Assembly (NCBI GenBank): GCA_965223845.1
Contig: CBDCXR010000004.1
Span: 7,104,001 to 7,168,000 of the forward strand
DNA from: Planctomycetota bacterium
GTDB lineage: Bacteria; Planctomycetota; UBA8108; SXIK01
DNA: 64,000 bases
Direction of reading: 5' to 3'
The notes under the pieces were generated by a model. That model was not told the DNA's origin. It did not search any database and saw only the letters and a program-made list of their open reading frames with translations. Positions 60,759 to 64,000 of the stretch are shown here, one piece after another. The translations under genes and the position numbers were made by a program. Position 1 is the stretch's first letter; each line of letters opens with the position of its first letter.

Positions 60759-63700
60759 TCAGTCGAAGAGCCCGAGGTCTTTGACGCAGGTCTGAAGGAG
60801 CAATGTTACCCGCGGCATGAGCGAGGATCCTGTCTCATGTTGCGGTTCGGCGGCCAAAAGGCGATGGAGAGCCTCCTGGGCGAGTTCGAGGTGGTCCCTC
60901 GCGCGCCGCCTCATTCGGCTCGCCTCCGGCATCCCGGGGAGAGTTCGCCTCATGTACTGGCCGCCCGCGCGAAAGTGCTTCAGCGCGAACGGAAACAGCT
61001 CCGCGAACGCGCCGGGGATCGGCTCGTCGACCCTCTCCTTGTCACCGTCGTTCGTCTCGGGCTGAGCTGGCGGCGCGGGGGCGTCGGCGGTCCGCACCGG
61101 CTCGGCCTTTCGCCCGGTCGCGAGCCGCCAGTCCTTGACGAGATCGTCCGCTCGTTCGGGAAAGTAGGTGTGAAGGAGGGAGAGGAACTCGTCCTTTGCG
61201 CTCGCCTGCGAGAGAAACTTCGTCACCTTCTCCTCGAACTGGTTCGTCTTCGCAAAGAGCGCGAGAAAGAAGAGGGTCGTCGGTGCTGCGCGCGCGCCGG
61301 CTTCGGCGACTTCGAGGAGCTTCTTCTCCATGCGAACTTCGTTCTCCCGCCGCCAGCGGCTCTGGGGGAGAGCCTGCTCGCGATCGACGAGGCGGAGCGG
61401 AACCACGAGCGTTCCACCGTAGCTCGGGCGGAGCGTGAGTGCGTCCTCACTTCGCTCGAGCACGCGAAAGATGCGGGTCGTCGTCTTGCCGCGCGAGGAC
61501 TTGAGGCGAATGCGGGCGAGGTCGTCGGCACCGACGAGCTGACTGACGGGCGTGCCCTTCGTGAGCGCGTAGAAGAGTCGCGCGCGGTGGAACGACCGCT
61601 TCGCGTCCGCCTTCGCGTCGTCTTTCGAGAGGGACCAGAGCTTACTGTAGCACCGCCCGGCGAGACGAAAGTCCGCCTTCAACTCCGCCCGGCGGGCGAG
61701 CGCGCGGATCTTCGCGGGGTCCGTCGGGATCGCGGTGGGCTCGGGTTTCGTTCGCTTCGCGACGCTCGAGCTAGCGTTGCGCGCGCTCGAGGGAACGCTT
61801 CCCATCGTCACGGTTCCGCCGACTGCGGCTCGAAGTTCCGCCACGACGGCCGCGACGGATCGGCCGCCGACGCGGTCCGGGTCGGTCGCAAATCGCGCCG
61901 TGCCGCGGTCGAAACGCCACTTCGCGCCGACGTGCTTGGCGAGCTCGTCGAGGAAAACGCCGATCGCAGCTGCTTCCGCGCTGCACGTCACGCGGCGGTC
62001 CGCGGGGAGATCGCCGAAATCCATCTCCACACCAAAGAGCTGCGCCACTCGGCCGACATTCCGGAGCTCGACGTCTTCAAACGCCATCGAGAGCTTTTCC
62101 GAGAGCGCGTCGTAGGTCTTCAGCTCGCTCTCGCGGAGCCCCGCGTGGACATCCCAGATCTCGAACCAGTTGCGCGGGTAGCCCAGCCGGTCGCGAAGGA
62201 ATCGTCCGACAACCGTCACCTGACGACCGGGCTCGATGCTCGCGAGACGCCGTGCCGTGTCGAACGGGTACTTGCGCGAGCGGAGGTCGACGCGTGACTT
62301 CCAAGGCCCCTTTTCGAGGCGCTCGAAGTGCGTCTTCGCATCCGCCTTCCACGCGAAGAACCGAACTCCGTGCGGGATTCTGCCATCGATGCGGACAACG
62401 GTTCGGATTGCGTTTGTGCCGTCGCCGCCGTTCGAGCTCGATGCGCCGCGCCCGGTCCGCCGACCGCCGGACGCCGCCGGAGCGGTCGAAGCACTTCCAC
62501 GAAAGATCCCCCTCACGGTGTGCCAGCCGCTCGAGTAGTCGTCGGGAAACGCGACGAGCACCTCCGGCGCGATCGCTTCGGAACCACGCTCCGAGGCACT
62601 CGGAATGTTCGCCGTGTCGAGCTTCCCGCGGGCCTGACGAAATACGTCGAAGGACTGGACGTAGCGCGCGAAGTCGGTGGAGTACGCGAGAAGAAAGTTT
62701 GCCCGCACCCGCGGATCGGTGTCCGCACCGAGCCAGACCCGGCCGGCCGCGGTGACCTCATCGTCCGACGGTGGAACCGACGAGAACGCCGAGCGGATTC
62801 GCGCCCCGAGCGAGTAGTTCGCGGGAACTCCACGAAAGAAATTGAGCGTGGCGCTCTCCTCGACGCGCAGGACGATACTCTCGACCTCGGCGAGCGCCGA
62901 CTTGAACGGTCGCTTGAGGACCTTGAGACTGCGCGCGCGGTTGATCACCTTGACGAGCGCATCCCGCTCCTTCTTCGTCAGCCGCTTGTTGTCGGGACGC
63001 GACTGCATGCCGACGCAGTCGGGACAGAAATTGTGCTTTGCGCCACCGCACACTCGACAGCGGATCGTCTTGTAGATCTTGCCGCGCCGTCGCGACACTC
63101 TGACGAGTACGCGCTCTGTCCCCTTGCCGCCACAGCGCGTGCACCTCACGAACCCGCCGCCCGACGAACAGCGTCCGCACCGGTGGATGCTTCTTTGGAC
63201 CGGATCGATTTCCGCCTCGAAGAATCGCTCGTCGATCCGCTCGGTCGTGCGCGCGAGGCGGTGGAGCAGTTGATGGCGCGGGACGAAGGCGGCGCTGCCA
63301 CCCTTCTTCGGGAAGAGCGCGTAGGCCTCGGCGTACTTCTTGCGCGCCTTTTCGTAGGCGCGACTCTTGTAGAGCTCGTCCCCCTCGAGCGCGAGTGCGC
63401 GCTGCTTGTTCGAAGCCGCGCTCGCCGCCTCGTCGAGGATGCGCCGCGCCTCGGGGTGGTTGAACTTCCCGACGAGGATCCTCAGTCGACGCGAGGCGCT
63501 CTCGAAATCCTCGCGCTCGAGATCGATGCTCGCGAGATGAAAGACGGCGTTCGGGTACGCGGGGCTCGACTCGTTCTCTTCGATCCGTCGAAAGCACTGC
63601 TCGGCCCACGCGGCTCGATCGCGGTCGAGCGCCCAGACGCCGATGGCGAGAAGCGCTTCGTGGTCATTCGCCTCGACCGCCGCTAACTTCGCCTGAAACG

Positions 63701-63779
63701 TCTTGAGGTCGCTTCCGAAGCTTGCGGGTGCCGCGAAGAGAGTTACCGCAACGAGAGGAAGCGCGACGGCGATCTTCAC
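60759..63779 (-). CDS. Large secreted hypothetical protein with TPR-like helices, DnaJ-type Cys-rich zinc finger and STN-like domain
   Basis: Signal peptide; CGRC, CTRCGGKG, CRVCGG, CPDC; SMAFEDVELRNV...RRVT...FLDELAKHVGAKWRF. Confidence 0.75.
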   Translation of the reverse strand: MKIAVALPLVAVTLFAAPASFGSDLKTFQAKLAAVEANDHEALLAIGVWALDRDRAAWAEQCFRRIEENESSPAYPNAVFHLASIDLEREDFESASRRLRILVGKFNHPEARRILDEAASAASNKQRALALEGDELYKSRAYEKARKKYAEAYALFPKKGGSAAFVPRHQLLHRLARTTERIDERFFEAEIDPVQRSIHRCGRCSSGGGFVRCTRCGGKGTERVLVRVSRRRGKIYKTIRCRVCGGAKHNFCPDCVGMQSRPDNKRLTKKERDALVKVINRARSLKVLKRPFKSALAEVESIVLRVEESATLNFFRGVPANYSLGARIRSAFSSVPPSDDEVTAAGRVWLGADTDPRVRANFLLAYSTDFARYVQSFDVFRQARGKLDTANIPSASERGSEAIAPEVLVAFPDDYSSGWHTVRGIFRGSASTAPAASGGRRTGRGASSSNGGDGTNAIRTVVRIDGRIPHGVRFFAWKADAKTHFERLEKGPWKSRVDLRSRKYPFDTARRLASIEPGRQVTVVGRFLRDRLGYPRNWFEIWDVHAGLRESELKTYDALSEKLSMAFEDVELRNVGRVAQLFGVEMDFGDLPADRRVTCSAEAAAIGVFLDELAKHVGAKWRFDRGTARFATDPDRVGGRSVAAVVAELRAAVGGTVTMGSVPSSARNASSSVAKRTKPEPTAIPTDPAKIRALARRAELKADFRLAGRCYSKLWSLSKDDAKADAKRSFHRARLFYALTKGTPVSQLVGADDLARIRLKSSRGKTTTRIFRVLERSEDALTLRPSYGGTLVVPLRLVDREQALPQSRWRRENEVRMEKKLLEVAEAGARAAPTTLFFLALFAKTNQFEEKVTKFLSQASAKDEFLSLLHTYFPERADDLVKDWRLATGRKAEPVRTADAPAPPAQPETNDGDKERVDEPIPGAFAELFPFALKHFRAGGQYMRRTLPGMPEASRMRRRARDHLELAQEALHRLLAAEPQHETGSSLMPRVTLLLQTCVKDLGLFD

Positions 63780-64000
63780 GTTGGTGAGCCCTCCCGGCGA
63801 TTGCGAGCTTGATTCCGCGGAGCGACGGAGCGCTGGGCGGAGGCTCCCGATCGGGTCCGAGTCCGCCGACGCCTCCGAAAGAGAGCGATGGTACGGGAGC
63901 CGCGAGGGACAGTCAAACGACCGCCCCGCGGGGGACGCGGCCGCTTTGGGATCGTTCGGGGGACTACCGTCCGCCGCGCCGCCCGAGCAACTCGCGCGCG

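Noticed and set aside
1-64000. Many long antisense or alternative-frame ORFs (e.g. 1006-3330, 20670-22868, 11330-13327, 51672-53390)
   Set aside because: Shadow ORFs expected at high GC; they are Arg/Ala/Pro-rich and overlap well-supported genes.
1-64000. Abundant CTCGAG, GTCGAC and GCGATCGC palindromes (HIP1-like)
   Set aside because: Largely explained by codon preferences (CTC-GAG, GTC-GAC, GCG-ATC-GCx); enrichment over background cannot be shown without computation.

Overview
High-GC bacterial chromosomal window, densely coding, about 46 genes. The gene content points to a Planctomycetota genome (inference): DUF1501, Tat-exported Gfo/Idh/MocA oxidoreductases, an ASPIC/UnbV protein, a membrane Ser/Thr kinase with helical repeats and a dockerin-like surface protein. 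Most of the window is housekeeping or envelope function: ttcA, GT2 plus MsbA-like exporter, a bioBFDA operon divergent from feoA-feoB, an aminotransferase, tyrA, an M3 peptidase, MscS, PduO, galK and others. I found no rRNA, tRNA, CRISPR array, transposase or integrase. The most interesting signals are: (1) a MamK-like actin with altered ATPase motifs, preceded by an acidic disordered ORF, with no magnetosome genes in the window; (2) a roughly 180-nt extensively base-paired candidate ncRNA with its own sigma70-type promoter, directly upstream of an orphan DNA adenine methyltransferase; (3) a TPR-GAF-degenerate GGDEF-Fis HTH regulator with no sigma54 AAA+ domain; (4) twin DtxR/MntR-like boxes between bioB and feoA; (5) a stand-alone RQC-HRDC protein. 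All calls come from reading motifs by eye; no database searches or folding programs were run.
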